Below are positions 26,348-35,557 of a stretch of DNA of 64,000 nt, piece by piece. The notes under the pieces are model-generated. The model worked only from the letters and a program-made list of their open reading frames with translations. It made no database searches and was not told where the DNA came from. This DNA comes from Candidatus Stahliibacteriota bacterium (GTDB lineage Bacteria; Hydrothermota; Tepidihabitantia; SM23-42). The stretch spans positions 55 to 64,054 of the forward strand of contig JAUWCU010000003.1 of NCBI GenBank assembly GCA_030609135.1, read 5' to 3'. Both the position numbers and the translations under genes were made by a program. Within the stretch, counting starts at the first letter, position 1. Each line of letters opens with the position of its first letter.

Positions 26348-26978
26348 AGACCTTTACGCACACGCCACATATATACTGACCAATACCTCTGATCTTGGAG
26401 AATTCCTTTAATTGTTCCAGGCAGCGAGTTAGGTCAACACCGTCTTTAGAAATAGCCTGACCTGGACATGCCTCAATACATTTGATACATTCACCACAAC
26501 TTTGTTCCACTTTTTGGTCAGGCTCAAATGATAAGTCGGTCAGGAGTGAGCAATACCGAACCCTGGCTCCATATTTTGGATGGATGAGTAAGCCACTTCT
26601 GCCGATAAAGCCAAGACCAGCTGCTTTTGCCAATGATTTATGAGAAATATGGCCTTTTTGCATCTGCCAATCAACTGTCTGAGATGCTGGAATGGCAATT
26701 GCCTTTGCGCCTTTTTCTTCGATAAAACGCACAAGGTGATAGGCAGTTTGGTCTAATATCCAGTTCACCGTCTTGTAATGATGTTTATAAATGAGTGTTG
26801 GCCGGTCTTTTATCGTCTGTAAAACCGATTCTGATAATGGGTAGCCAAAAACAATTGCCCTTGGCAACTCAGCTTTGATTTCTAATAATTCAACATCTTC
26901 TGGCACTTTGCCAAAACCAATGATTTTGACATTATAGTTCAGAAGGAATGAGCAGACTTCTTTTTTGATTGATGTCAT
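26331..26978 (-). CDS. Short QueG-like 4Fe-4S protein (epoxyqueuosine-reductase-related)
   Basis: ..LAKAAGLGFIGRSGLLIHPKYGARV.. resembles the QueG GLGWIGKN block. Followed by CGECIKCIEACP and a second Cys cluster. Only 215 aa, whereas QueG is ~380 aa. Confidence 0.55.
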   Translation of the reverse strand: MTSIKKEVCSFLLNYNVKIIGFGKVPEDVELLEIKAELPRAIVFGYPLSESVLQTIKDRPTLIYKHHYKTVNWILDQTAYHLVRFIEEKGAKAIAIPASQTVDWQMQKGHISHKSLAKAAGLGFIGRSGLLIHPKYGARVRYCSLLTDLSFEPDQKVEQSCGECIKCIEACPGQAISKDGVDLTRCLEQLKEFSKIRGIGQYICGVCVKVCDGRD

Positions 26979-27640
26979 ATAAGGAACGATTCATCAGGTT
27001 TGTCTTTTACTGTCTCGTCATTTGTTTCTTCATCCTCAGTAGTTTCTTGCTCTGCTCCCTCAGTGCTCGGTTCAGGTTCTTGTTCATTGCCAGAAGGTTT
27101 AGTACCAGTGTGTTCCATGGTTGCAATTGCTTCACCAAAATCTTCTTCCCGGGGTAGATCACCCAGTTCTTTTATGCCAAAATATCTTAAGAATTCTTTG
27201 GTCGTGCCATACCTAATTGGTCTACCAGGAACCGGCAGTCTGCCGCATGTTTTAACCAGATTTTTCTGCAGGAGAACGTCTAATATCCAGGTTGAATCAA
27301 CACCCCTTACTTTTTCGATTTCTGGTCTGGTAATAGGTTGGTGGTATGCTATTATTGCAAGGGTTTCCAGTCCAGCTTTTGAAAGCCTGCTCTTGCGGTC
27401 GTGGAGTGCACCGACCCATAGAGCAAATTCTGGTAGGGTGTATATCTGATAGCCTCCAGCGATTTCCTTTATTTCAAAAGCTCGTTGTGACTCGTGATAT
27501 TCTTGATTCAGTTCTTTAACACAGCTGACAATCTCATCTTTTTGTAAATTGGCTATTTCAATGATCTTTTGCAATGTCAAAGGAGCATCAGTTGCTATTA
27601 ATAGTGCTTCTATAGTGCGTTTCATATTAGATCTGTCCAT
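26975..27640 (-). CDS. scpB: segregation and condensation protein B
   Basis: ..EALLIATDAPL..GGYQIYT..LETLAIIAYHQPITRPEIEKVRGVDS..PGRPIRYGTT; acidic C-terminal tail. Confidence 0.85.
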   Translation of the reverse strand: MDRSNMKRTIEALLIATDAPLTLQKIIEIANLQKDEIVSCVKELNQEYHESQRAFEIKEIAGGYQIYTLPEFALWVGALHDRKSRLSKAGLETLAIIAYHQPITRPEIEKVRGVDSTWILDVLLQKNLVKTCGRLPVPGRPIRYGTTKEFLRYFGIKELGDLPREEDFGEAIATMEHTGTKPSGNEQEPEPSTEGAEQETTEDEETNDETVKDKPDESFLI

Positions 27641-28813
27641 TTATTTCTCCTTGGTGGCATATAGCGAAATCAATTTATTTACAATCTTATCCCAATTGAA
27701 CCTATCGTCAATGCTTTTCTTAGCCCTCTTCCCCATTTCTTCACGTAGTTTTTTATCAATTGCCAGTCTTCGTATTGCCCTGGCAAGTGCCGGGACGTCG
27801 CCGGGCGGGACAAGAATGCCGTTCACACCATCTTCAACAACATCGGTAATGCCCCCAGCCTTCGAGGCAATAACTGGTTTATAGCAACTCATCGCCTCGA
27901 TCAAGACTACACCAAGACCTTCAATATCGCCTTGTTTATCATATACTGCCGGCAGCACAAAAAAGCCGCATTTTTCATAGTGCCGCAACTTTTCATCAAC
28001 TGAAATCCAGCCGGTAAAATAAACCCGGGAGCGTAGATCAAGACGGTCAACAAGGTTTTCCAGTTCAGGTCGCTCTGCTCCATCGCCGATGATCACTAAT
28101 TTATGGGGTATTTCATTTCTTAGCTCAGCCATGGCCTGTATCAAATACTTGATCCCTTTGCGCTCCACCAGCCGGCCAACAAAAAGAATTTCATTTTCAT
28201 CGCTGATGCTCGATACTCTTTCCGGAACTGCAGCGCTGAACGGTATGACTTCAATTTCACTTTTTATATAACTTCCTAATTCAGTTCTTGTATGGGTAGA
28301 TATCGCAGTAATCGTATCAGACTTATTCAGCAAAATCGAAAGACACTTTGTCAGCCACTTGAATTTTTTCGTGAACCAGCGTATTTCGCGTCCATAAAAA
28401 GTAGAGAATAAGCGGGTTTTACCGGCAATGCGGGCGAATACTCCAAAAATGATATGAGGAAATGGCCAGTGAACGTGAACGATATCATATTTTTCTCTTT
28501 TGACTAATTGGACAATTGCCCAGGTACCAGCTATCATATAGAAAAATATCAGCAGTAGGTTTAAGGGGTTGCGGCTTACCCGGTCGACAACGGTTTCGTC
28601 ATGCGTGAGTTTTTCCAGATTTTTGAAGAAATAACGGAAACGATGAACTTTAACCCGGTCAAGGATCTGATCACGCAAACCTTTGTATGATGAAGTAAAT
28701 ACTTCGACATCGATTTTTTTGTCACGAAGCCGGAGTATTAGCTCGGTAAGCCAGGGGGTTATTACATCCCCTTCATAACGTTTGTAAGCAGTAGTAACAA
28801 ATAATACCTTCAT
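27641..28813 (-). CDS. glycosyltransferase family 4 (GT-B)
   Basis: 390 aa; ..EGLGVVLIEAMSCYKPVIASKAGG.. (E-x7-E region). Confidence 0.8.
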   Translation of the reverse strand: MKVLFVTTAYKRYEGDVITPWLTELILRLRDKKIDVEVFTSSYKGLRDQILDRVKVHRFRYFFKNLEKLTHDETVVDRVSRNPLNLLLIFFYMIAGTWAIVQLVKREKYDIVHVHWPFPHIIFGVFARIAGKTRLFSTFYGREIRWFTKKFKWLTKCLSILLNKSDTITAISTHTRTELGSYIKSEIEVIPFSAAVPERVSSISDENEILFVGRLVERKGIKYLIQAMAELRNEIPHKLVIIGDGAERPELENLVDRLDLRSRVYFTGWISVDEKLRHYEKCGFFVLPAVYDKQGDIEGLGVVLIEAMSCYKPVIASKAGGITDVVEDGVNGILVPPGDVPALARAIRRLAIDKKLREEMGKRAKKSIDDRFNWDKIVNKLISLYATKEK

Positions 28814-29472
28814 TTCTTAAATTTCCACTTGATCAAGCTCCAGATTGCCTGAATGCCGTCTTTCACACCTATTTTCTTACCTTTTTTGCGTCCGGTGTAG
28901 CTAATCGGTATTTCGACAATTTTCTCTCTTCTTTTCAGGATTTTGCAGGTTATTTCGGGTTCGATCTCAAAATGCGATGAGATTAGGTGTAGATCCCTTA
29001 GGAGATCAGTTTTTATGACCTTATAACATGTCTCCATGTCTGATATATGGCTGCCAAATAAAACATTAGTCAAAAAGGTTAAGAACCGATTCGCAAAATA
29101 ACTTGATTTTAAGAAGCTACCTTTTCCTAAAATTCTTGAACCATACACAACATTTGTTCTTTTTTCTTTAATAGGTTTAATCAGCTGTGGATACTGTTTA
29201 GGTGAATACTCTAAATCAGCATCCTGAATAATAACTATATCTCCAGAGGCAATTTGCAAACCACTTCGGATGGCGGCTCCTTTTCCTCTGTTTTTCTCGT
29301 GAAATATTGTTTTTATTCCTTTTCGCCTTTTCAAAAAATCTCTGGTGCCGTCCACTGAAAAATCATCAACTACGACAATTTCGCGTGCTAAACCTACTTT
29401 TTCGACATCGGTTATTATCGTCTCTATATCGTTCTTCTCATTATATACAGGGATTATCACCGTAACCTCCAT
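28810..29472 (-). CDS. glycosyltransferase family 2 (polyprenol-phosphate sugar transferase-like)
   Basis: VIIPVYNE, VVDDFSVDGT, IQDADLEY. Confidence 0.8.
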   Translation of the reverse strand: MEVTVIIPVYNEKNDIETIITDVEKVGLAREIVVVDDFSVDGTRDFLKRRKGIKTIFHEKNRGKGAAIRSGLQIASGDIVIIQDADLEYSPKQYPQLIKPIKEKRTNVVYGSRILGKGSFLKSSYFANRFLTFLTNVLFGSHISDMETCYKVIKTDLLRDLHLISSHFEIEPEITCKILKRREKIVEIPISYTGRKKGKKIGVKDGIQAIWSLIKWKFKK

Positions 29473-29478
29473 GCCCAG

Positions 29479-29506
29479 ATTATATGGAAAAATCCCTCAA
29501 TGTAAA
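29479..29506 (-). promoter_or_regulatory. promoter of the GT2-GT4-scpB-queG-like-DUF4416 operon; leaderless-type spacing
   Basis: Minus strand reads TTTACA-N16-TATAAT, then 6 nt (ctgggc) before ATG 29472. Confidence 0.55.
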
Positions 29507-29528
29507 GTATATTCATAAATCTGACATG

Positions 29529-29572
29529 TTGTAGTCCTGACAGGCATTTGCAGAGTAAACTCTGCCACTACA
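29529..29572 (+). repeat. REPIN-like doublet TGTAGTCC-tgacaggcatttgca-gagtaaactc-TGCCACTACA
   Basis: Shares the 3' half (gagyaaRctctgccactaca) with the 74-nt family at 34251, 36395 and 36989. Confidence 0.7.
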
Positions 29573-29638
29573 GAATGTGCGAAATATCACTGTCCCGCTA
29601 TGCGGGATCTTCGATTTTCCTATAGTGTATGCTAATAT

Positions 29639-29689
29639 GATAAATCCCGCAATTCAATTTATAGAATTACAATACGAAGCGGGATAAAT
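29639..29689 (+). repeat. 51-nt nested-hairpin unit (copy 4)
   Basis: gataaatcccgcaattcaatttatagaattacaatacgaagcgggataaat. Confidence 0.85.
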
Positions 29690-29811
29690 AGGGCGGAGAG
29701 AGTAGATGGAGTGCAACGGCTTGCCGTTGCATGCAGTAGCAAGCTACTGCACTCCGTAGCAAAATCAAGGGATAAGGGATAAAGATGTGTCCAAGGTTTC
29801 TTAATTAAAAG

Positions 29812-29839
29812 TTGACATTTCGTGCTATATATCTATAAT
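29812..29839 (+). promoter_or_regulatory. tRNA-Glu promoter
   Basis: TTGACA-N16-TATAAT, 7 nt before tRNA position 1. The conserved box GGGATAAAGATGTGTCCAAGGTTTCT (29776..29801) lies 10 nt upstream of the -35. Confidence 0.65.
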
Positions 29840-29846
29840 ATCCCAC

Positions 29847-29922
29847 GGCGCCATCGTCTAGCTTGGTTTAGGACGTCGCCCTCTCAAGGCGAAGATCACG
29901 GGTTCAAATCCCGTTGGCGCTA
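29847..29922 (+). tRNA. tRNA-Glu (anticodon CUC)
   Basis: Hand-folded cloverleaf. Acceptor GGCGCCA/TGGCGCT (G1-U72); D arm GTCT/GGAC; anticodon stem TCGCC/GGCGA with loop CTCTCAA; T arm ACGGG-TTCAAAT-CCCGT. No encoded CCA; a T-run follows. Confidence 0.9.
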
Positions 29923-29939
29923 TTTTTTGAAATCGTTTA

Positions 29940-29967
29940 TTGACAAAATGAAGATTTTGCATATAAT
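29940..29967 (+). promoter_or_regulatory. promoter of the bactofilin-MBL-purQ operon
   Basis: TTGACA-N16-TATAAT; ~36-nt leader ending in AAAGGAGG. Confidence 0.6.
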
Positions 29968-30003
29968 TTATGTTAATAAATTACTGATTCAAAGGAGGAT
30001 TGG

Positions 30004-30351
30004 ATGGCGAAAGAAGGTCAGATAGACAGTGTTGTGGGAAAAGGGACTGTTATAAATGGCGATATCAAAGTTGATGGTTCAACTAAAATTGACGGGAAGG
30101 TCAAAGGAAACCTTACAGTAAAAGATAGTCTCTTTGTTGGTAAAAGTTCCGTGATAAAAGGTGATATTTACTGCAAATCAGCAATCATTGGAGGTAAGAT
30201 TCAAGGCAATATCCATATCCAAAACATTGTTGAATTCCAGAGTGGCGCGCAGATGTTTGGTGACATTATTTGCAAAGGCATAATCATCCATGCGGGCGTC
30301 TTTTTTGAAGGTACTTGCCAGATGTCTGAAAAAACAAAGGAAAAGCCGTAG
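30004..30351 (+). CDS. bactofilin-family cytoskeletal protein
   Basis: 115 aa. Beta-helix repeats ..INGDIKVDGSTKIDGKVKGNLTV..IKGDIYCKSAIIGGKIQGNI.. Confidence 0.8.
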   Translation: MAKEGQIDSVVGKGTVINGDIKVDGSTKIDGKVKGNLTVKDSLFVGKSSVIKGDIYCKSAIIGGKIQGNIHIQNIVEFQSGAQMFGDIICKGIIIHAGVFFEGTCQMSEKTKEKP

Positions 30352-31173
30352 ATGATAATCAAGTTGTACGGAACAAGAGGTTCCATAGCAGTTGCTAATA
30401 AAGAAACTAAAAAATACGGCGGCAATACGACTTGTCTATATGTTGAATCGAATTCGGGTGATGTAATAGTAGTTGACGCGGGGACTGGTATCCGGCTATT
30501 AGGTGTTCATCTAATACAGGAGAAGAAGGGCAAGATAAATATGCTATTCACCCATTATCACTGGGATCATATTCAGGGCTTTCCCTTTTTTACACCGATA
30601 TTTTTGCCTAGTTCAGTTATAGATATTTACGGTTCATCAAAAATGACAGATCCAAAAAAGGCTTTGTCGTATCAAATGACTCGACCGTACTTTCCCGCAG
30701 TATTGTCTGAATTACCTTCTAAAATCACATTCAAAACCTTAAAGAATAAATTAACTATCGGAGATATAGAAATTCAGACCATTATAAATAACCATCCAGA
30801 TCAAGCCTTAGGCATCAGATTTACTGAAGGCAAGAACTCGTTTGCCTTTTTAACGGACAACGAGCTTTTTGACGAGAATGGCAATACTCCATACAAAAAA
30901 TTCGTTGATTTCATAAAAGGTGTAAATTTCTTCATACATGACGCACAATACAAAGACGATATCTATAAAAAAAGATTGGGCTGGGGTCATTCAACGTACA
31001 GTCAAGTCATGAAGCTTGCTGAGGATGCTGGTGTAAGAAATGTTATGTTTACCCACCACGATCACGGCAGTATTGATAAATGCATAGATGGCATTGTGAA
31101 AGGGTACCGGGGTAAATATCCCAAATACAACATTCAAGCCGCCGCCGACGGTAAGACAATCATTTTAAAATAG
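30352..31173 (+). CDS. MBL-fold metallo-hydrolase
   Basis: HYHWDHIQG (HxHxDH); ..VDAGTGIR..; the start abuts the bactofilin stop. Confidence 0.75.
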   Translation: MIIKLYGTRGSIAVANKETKKYGGNTTCLYVESNSGDVIVVDAGTGIRLLGVHLIQEKKGKINMLFTHYHWDHIQGFPFFTPIFLPSSVIDIYGSSKMTDPKKALSYQMTRPYFPAVLSELPSKITFKTLKNKLTIGDIEIQTIINNHPDQALGIRFTEGKNSFAFLTDNELFDENGNTPYKKFVDFIKGVNFFIHDAQYKDDIYKKRLGWGHSTYSQVMKLAEDAGVRNVMFTHHDHGSIDKCIDGIVKGYRGKYPKYNIQAAADGKTIILK

Positions 31174-31182
31174 AAACGTATA

Positions 31183-31950
31183 GTGAAACCCAAGGTTTTA
31201 GTTCTTCGAGCCGCTGGGACAAATTGTGATGTCGAAACAGCTTATGCCTTTAAGATCGCCGGTGCGGAAATTGAAAGCGTATATATAGATGAACTTGAAC
31301 ACCGACAACTAACCGATTACCAAATTATCGCTCTGTCTGGTGGGTTTACTTATGGTGATGATATTGCAGCCGGGAAAATCCTTGCCAATGAGATCAAATA
31401 TAAATTCCGGGATAAGTTTCTTGAGTTTATTGAGCTGGATAATTTGATAATTGGAATCTGTAATGGCTTTCAAGTATTGGTGAAATGCGGGATTTTACCT
31501 GCTTTTGATGAAAGCTTTGAAGCACAATCAGTGAGCCTGATAAGTAATGATTCTGAACGCTTTGAGGATCGTTGGGTCCATCTGAAGGTCTACAGTAATA
31601 GGTCGATTTTCACTAAGGGAATGAAATCAATAATAACCCTTCCAGTAGCCCATGCTGAGGGCAAATTTGTTGTTAAGGATGACGACATTCTAAAACAAAT
31701 CCAAGAACATATTGTTTTCCAGTATGTTGACAAAAAAGGTAATGAAGCCGGTTATCCATTCAACCCAAATGGTTCAATACTTGGTGTCGCTGGCATAACT
31801 GATCAAACCGGTAGAATTCTTGGGTTGATGCCGCATCCAGAACGGCATATTTCGTTTTTGCAACACCCCAATCATACCCGGGAAAAACTCGATGAAACCG
31901 GTGATGGGCTGCGGATTTTTGAAAATGCAGTTAAGTACTTTGAGGTATAA
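31183..31950 (+). CDS. purQ: phosphoribosylformylglycinamidine synthase glutaminase subunit (PurQ-type GATase)
   Basis: GTNCDVETAYAF, GGFTYGDD, nucleophile GICNGFQ, MPHPER. GTG start. No purS or purL in the window. Confidence 0.8.
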   Translation: MKPKVLVLRAAGTNCDVETAYAFKIAGAEIESVYIDELEHRQLTDYQIIALSGGFTYGDDIAAGKILANEIKYKFRDKFLEFIELDNLIIGICNGFQVLVKCGILPAFDESFEAQSVSLISNDSERFEDRWVHLKVYSNRSIFTKGMKSIITLPVAHAEGKFVVKDDDILKQIQEHIVFQYVDKKGNEAGYPFNPNGSILGVAGITDQTGRILGLMPHPERHISFLQHPNHTREKLDETGDGLRIFENAVKYFEV

Positions 31951-32137
31951 ACAAGTGTTTTTTAACAGAATTATTAATAGCTATCATTATGGTGAGTTCT
32001 CGACAAGCCCCGTTAAATAATAGAGATCGATTTATGATAGAAGCAAAAAAGCGGGTTTAATGAGATGATAGATTTACTCGGAGGTGTAATATCTTGTATT
32101 TAACAGGGCAAGCTATCTCGATTTTACTCGATACAGG

Positions 32138-32404
32138 TCGAACAATAATGATTTTATACTTCGAGCGACCATGAGTTTTACGAATGAGAGTCGAGAATCG
32201 AGCGTTAATAATTGTAGTTGTCCAATTTATTGGACAAAACCTGATAAATCCCGCAATCCTATTCATAACATCATAACACGAAGCGGGATAAATCACCTGT
32301 CTGCGTGCGATGCACAGGCAGGCCTGTCTACCTCAGGCAGAGGCGACTCGAACAATAATGATTTTATACTTCGAGCGACCATGAGCTTTACGAATGAGAG
32401 TCGA
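32138..32404 (+). repeat. Composite repeat: two 57-nt direct repeats (32138..32194, 32348..32404; 1 mismatch) flanking 153 nt of hairpin modules
   Basis: The DR is tcgaacaataatgattttatacttcgagcgaccatgagYtttacgaatgagagtcga. The inside holds the GTAG hairpin tgtagttgtccaatttattggac, the 51-nt unit (32243..32293) and a ~57-nt unit (32291..32347) whose inverted copy is at 39100..39167. Confidence 0.85.
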
Positions 32405-32578
32405 TAAGTACCATTCTGTCATTGCCTGGCTTGACCAGGCAATCCAGAATACCTATTCCGGGATCATTCGGCTAAACCGTATGATGACGACTAAAAATTT
32501 TTTGGATTTGATCATTGGAATTTGTTTAAGATTTAGAATTTTGATTTTGGGATTTACCGAACGAAGTGAGGTGTCATT

Positions 32579-32890
32579 ATGGATGGTTACTTAAAAGAAC
32601 ATCCGATTTTAGAATTCAAACGCGGCAAAAAAATTAAGTTCTTTTTCGAAGACCGGGAAATCGAGGGCTATGAAGGACTTCCTATAGCCGCCGCGTTACA
32701 TGCAGCCGGTATTAAGGTGCTCAGTTTCTCAGAAAGGTATAATCGACCCCGAGGGTTCTTTTGTGCAGTTGGCAAATGCTCTTCTTGTTTAATGGAGGTT
32801 GATGGTCATTCCAATGTAATGGTTTGCATGGAATTACTAAAACCAGGTATGAAAGTGCGTCGGCAAAAAGGAAAAAGTCAGAAACAATGA
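32579..32890 (+). CDS. (2Fe-2S)-binding protein, HcnA / sarcosine-oxidase-alpha N-terminal-like
   Basis: 103 aa; ..RPRGFFCAVGKCSSCLMEVDGHSNVMVC.. Confidence 0.75.
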   Translation: MDGYLKEHPILEFKRGKKIKFFFEDREIEGYEGLPIAAALHAAGIKVLSFSERYNRPRGFFCAVGKCSSCLMEVDGHSNVMVCMELLKPGMKVRRQKGKSQKQ

Positions 32891-34026
32891 ATTCAAGCGC
32901 CAAGAACCAAGACCCAAGACCCAAAAATAACATTCAAAACTTCTCATCTTCAGAATTTCCTAACTTCGATATTTGTATTATCGGCGGCGGTCCTGCAGGT
33001 CTTGAAGCCGGGATCATTGCACGTAGGCTCGGAGCCAAGGTTATGATAATCGATGATAACCCAGTGCTCGGTGGACAATTAATCAAGCAGACGCACAAGT
33101 TTTTCGGCTCTAAAGCGCATTATTGCGGTGTAAGAGGCGTTGATATAGCAGGTATTCTCAGCAAAGAGATTAAGGATTTAGGTTTTGACGTTCTCCACAA
33201 TGCAACTGTAGTTGGGTATTATGATGATGATATCATCGGTGTGCTGCAACATGATAAATTGTTGTCAGTAAAGGCAAGGGCGTACATTTTTGCAACCGGG
33301 GCTAGTGAAAACATGCTCGCCTTTGACAACGCAGATTTACCTGGTGTTTATGGCGCTGGTGCTGTACAGACCATGATGAATGTCTATGGTGTTGTGCCCG
33401 GGAAAAGAGCGGTGGTAATCGGGTCTGGTAATATCGGCTTGATTGTTCCTTATCAGTTGCTGCAGGCTGGTGTTGAGGTGGCGGCAATTATAGAAATCAT
33501 GGATAAAGTCGGTGGTTATTATGTTCACGCGGCAAAGCTAAAAAGAGCCGGTGTACCGATTATCCTCAAACACACAATTATCCAAGCCCAGGGTAGAGAT
33601 TGTGTTGAAGCTGCACTTATCAGCAAGGTCGACGGAAAATATAAGTGCCTGCCCGGTACAGAAAAAACAATTGAGTGCGACATGATTCTGATTGCGATCG
33701 GTCTTTCGCCACTCTGCGAATTGCTCTACCAGGCAGGATGTCGTATAGATTATATCCCTGAGCTTGGCGGTCATGTACCCCTTCACAATGAAGACATGAT
33801 GACTACCCAGAAAAACATCTTTGTGTGCGGTGATCTGGCGTGTATTGAGGAAGCGTCTACGGCTATGCTCGAAGGCAAGATTGCCGGAGCCAAGGCGCAT
33901 GAAGTTATATACGGCGAGACCAAGCAGGGTAAAGAGATTGCCCAACAGGCAAAAAGAGAACTCGCGGTTATTCGGTCTTCTCCATTTGAACAAAGGATTA
34001 CTTACGGTCTGAATAAGTTGAAGTAG
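32887..34026 (+). CDS. NAD(P)/FAD-dependent pyridine-nucleotide-disulfide-type oxidoreductase (HcnB / opine-oxidase subunit A-like)
   Basis: Start moved to ATG 32887 (ATGA overlap with the upstream stop). IIGGGPAGLEAG and VIGSGNIGL dinucleotide folds; C-terminal ..VCGDLACIEEA.. Confidence 0.75.
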   Translation: MNSSAKNQDPRPKNNIQNFSSSEFPNFDICIIGGGPAGLEAGIIARRLGAKVMIIDDNPVLGGQLIKQTHKFFGSKAHYCGVRGVDIAGILSKEIKDLGFDVLHNATVVGYYDDDIIGVLQHDKLLSVKARAYIFATGASENMLAFDNADLPGVYGAGAVQTMMNVYGVVPGKRAVVIGSGNIGLIVPYQLLQAGVEVAAIIEIMDKVGGYYVHAAKLKRAGVPIILKHTIIQAQGRDCVEAALISKVDGKYKCLPGTEKTIECDMILIAIGLSPLCELLYQAGCRIDYIPELGGHVPLHNEDMMTTQKNIFVCGDLACIEEASTAMLEGKIAGAKAHEVIYGETKQGKEIAQQAKRELAVIRSSPFEQRITYGLNKLK

Positions 34027-34473
34027 CTGCAAATACGTCTTCAACAATTCAACAGGACTATTGTCATTACGAGTGTAGTCGAGAACCCTCAACATGATTA
34101 TTGTTCCTCTCACCTTGTTCGAGACAGGCGAGCGAAGTTGAGAACTTCCGCAATATGGGTGATGGCCCTAGATAAAAATGTCATTGCGAAGGCGTAGCCT
34201 GAAGCAATCTCACCTCCTTTTGTCAATCAAGCGCGTGAGGGCATAGTATTTGTAGTGGTCGAGTTTACTCGACAAACATCCCTGCACGCTACGGTATTTG
34301 TGCAGAGCAAGCTCTGCCACTACATATGTTGGGGTAGGTCTTTACACGAGCGGGACTCTGTTTCATGTCATTGCGAATCCGCCGCGTCATATAGCGGACA
34401 AAGTCCCGCAATGCAAGGATCCTCGATTTTCATTTATTAGAAATATATAGTACGGAAAATCGGGATAGTCTCA
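34027..34473. repeat. Repeat cluster, including 74-nt REPIN-like copy 1 (34251..34324)
   Basis: TGTAGTGGtcgagtttactcgaCAAACATCCCtgcacgctacggtatttgtgcaGAGCAAGCTCTGCCACTACA. Also a 38-nt unit tctcaccttgttcgagacaggcgagcgaagtYgagaac (34108..34145 = 36681..36718) and gtcattgcgaa..gaagcaatctc units. 34213..34324 is repeated at 36953..37062. Confidence 0.85.
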
Positions 34474-34501
34474 TTGACAGCCCAATTTTTCTCTATATAA
34501 T
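34474..34501 (+). promoter_or_regulatory. promoter of the RnfB-like/agmatinase operon
   Basis: TTGACA-N16-TATAAT, 8 nt before ATG 34510. Confidence 0.6.
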
Positions 34502-34509
34502 ACCATGTT

Positions 34510-35526
34510 ATGAATGCAATAGAAGTCATAAAATCAGTTGCTGGTCTTGGCGGTCTCAGTTTGATTTTTGGTATTGTTCTGGCTGTTGCATTTAAGAAAC
34601 TCGCGGTCAAAGTTAGTGAACAAGAGCAGAAACTGAGAGATGCTTTGCCAGGTACAAATTGCGGTGCCTGTGGTTTCCCGGGTTGTGATGCCTATGCCCA
34701 TGCCTTAGCTGAAAATACTGGTGAGGTAGCGTCAAACCTCTGCACCGTCGGTGGTGCTGAAACAATTAGGAAAATCGGCGAAATCCTGGGCATTGAGGTT
34801 GAGGCAGCAGAACCAATGATGTGTGTATTACGATGCCGGGGCGGTAGGGAAAACGCAGTTGAAAAGTTTGAGTATATAGGGCCAGGTGATTGCCGAAGCA
34901 ATTACATCCTCTTGGGCGGTAATAAAGCATGTGAGTGGGGGTGTTTGGGCGGTGGTCACTGTGAGACTGTTTGTCCATTTGACGCCATTACAATGGGGCC
35001 GAATCGTCTACCTATTATTGATCCACACAAATGCACGGCATGTGGTATTTGCGTAAAAGAGTGTCCGCGTCAGGTACTTGAGTTACTACCCCGCGTTCAA
35101 TTGATATACTTGGCCTGTAAAACTCTGGATAAAGGTAAAGTGGTCAAAAATGTCTGCAAGGTTGGTTGTATTGGTTGTACCCTCTGTGTTAAGTCCTGTC
35201 CTTATGAAGGAGCAATACAAATGGATGGTAATCTTCCCAAGATGGACTATACCAAGTGTATATCATGTGGTATTTGTTATAATAAATGCCCTACCAAATC
35301 ATTTGTTGACCGTGCTCCAGCGCGACCTTATGCGATTATTTCTTCAAAGTGCGATGGCTGTGGAGAATGCGTAAAAGTATGTTTGTTCAAGGCAATTGAG
35401 GGAAAACCAGGAAAACGCCACACCGTGATAAAAGATAAGTGCATAGGCTGTGGCAGGTGTTTTGAAGTTTGTCCGATAAAAGTTATTACCATGGCTGGCG
35501 CCTTGGGATATGTAGAAACAGCATAG
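34510..35526 (+). CDS. RnfB-like membrane-anchored polyferredoxin
   Basis: N-terminal TM helix; RnfB-type cluster LPGTNCGACGFPGCDAYA; at least four CxxCxxCxxxCP ferredoxin motifs. No other rnf genes are nearby. Confidence 0.7.
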   Translation: MNAIEVIKSVAGLGGLSLIFGIVLAVAFKKLAVKVSEQEQKLRDALPGTNCGACGFPGCDAYAHALAENTGEVASNLCTVGGAETIRKIGEILGIEVEAAEPMMCVLRCRGGRENAVEKFEYIGPGDCRSNYILLGGNKACEWGCLGGGHCETVCPFDAITMGPNRLPIIDPHKCTACGICVKECPRQVLELLPRVQLIYLACKTLDKGKVVKNVCKVGCIGCTLCVKSCPYEGAIQMDGNLPKMDYTKCISCGICYNKCPTKSFVDRAPARPYAIISSKCDGCGECVKVCLFKAIEGKPGKRHTVIKDKCIGCGRCFEVCPIKVITMAGALGYVETA

Positions 35527-35557
35527 TGTTAGAACATCAGGCTATCAGAGGATCAGG

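Noticed and set aside
33538-34113. 191-aa ORF antisense to the FAD oxidoreductase (similar antisense ORFs at 27000..27449, 10311..10703, 3850..4251, 51222..51635)
   Set aside because: The sense-strand genes have clear family motifs. The antisense ORFs have none and are the usual shadow ORFs.
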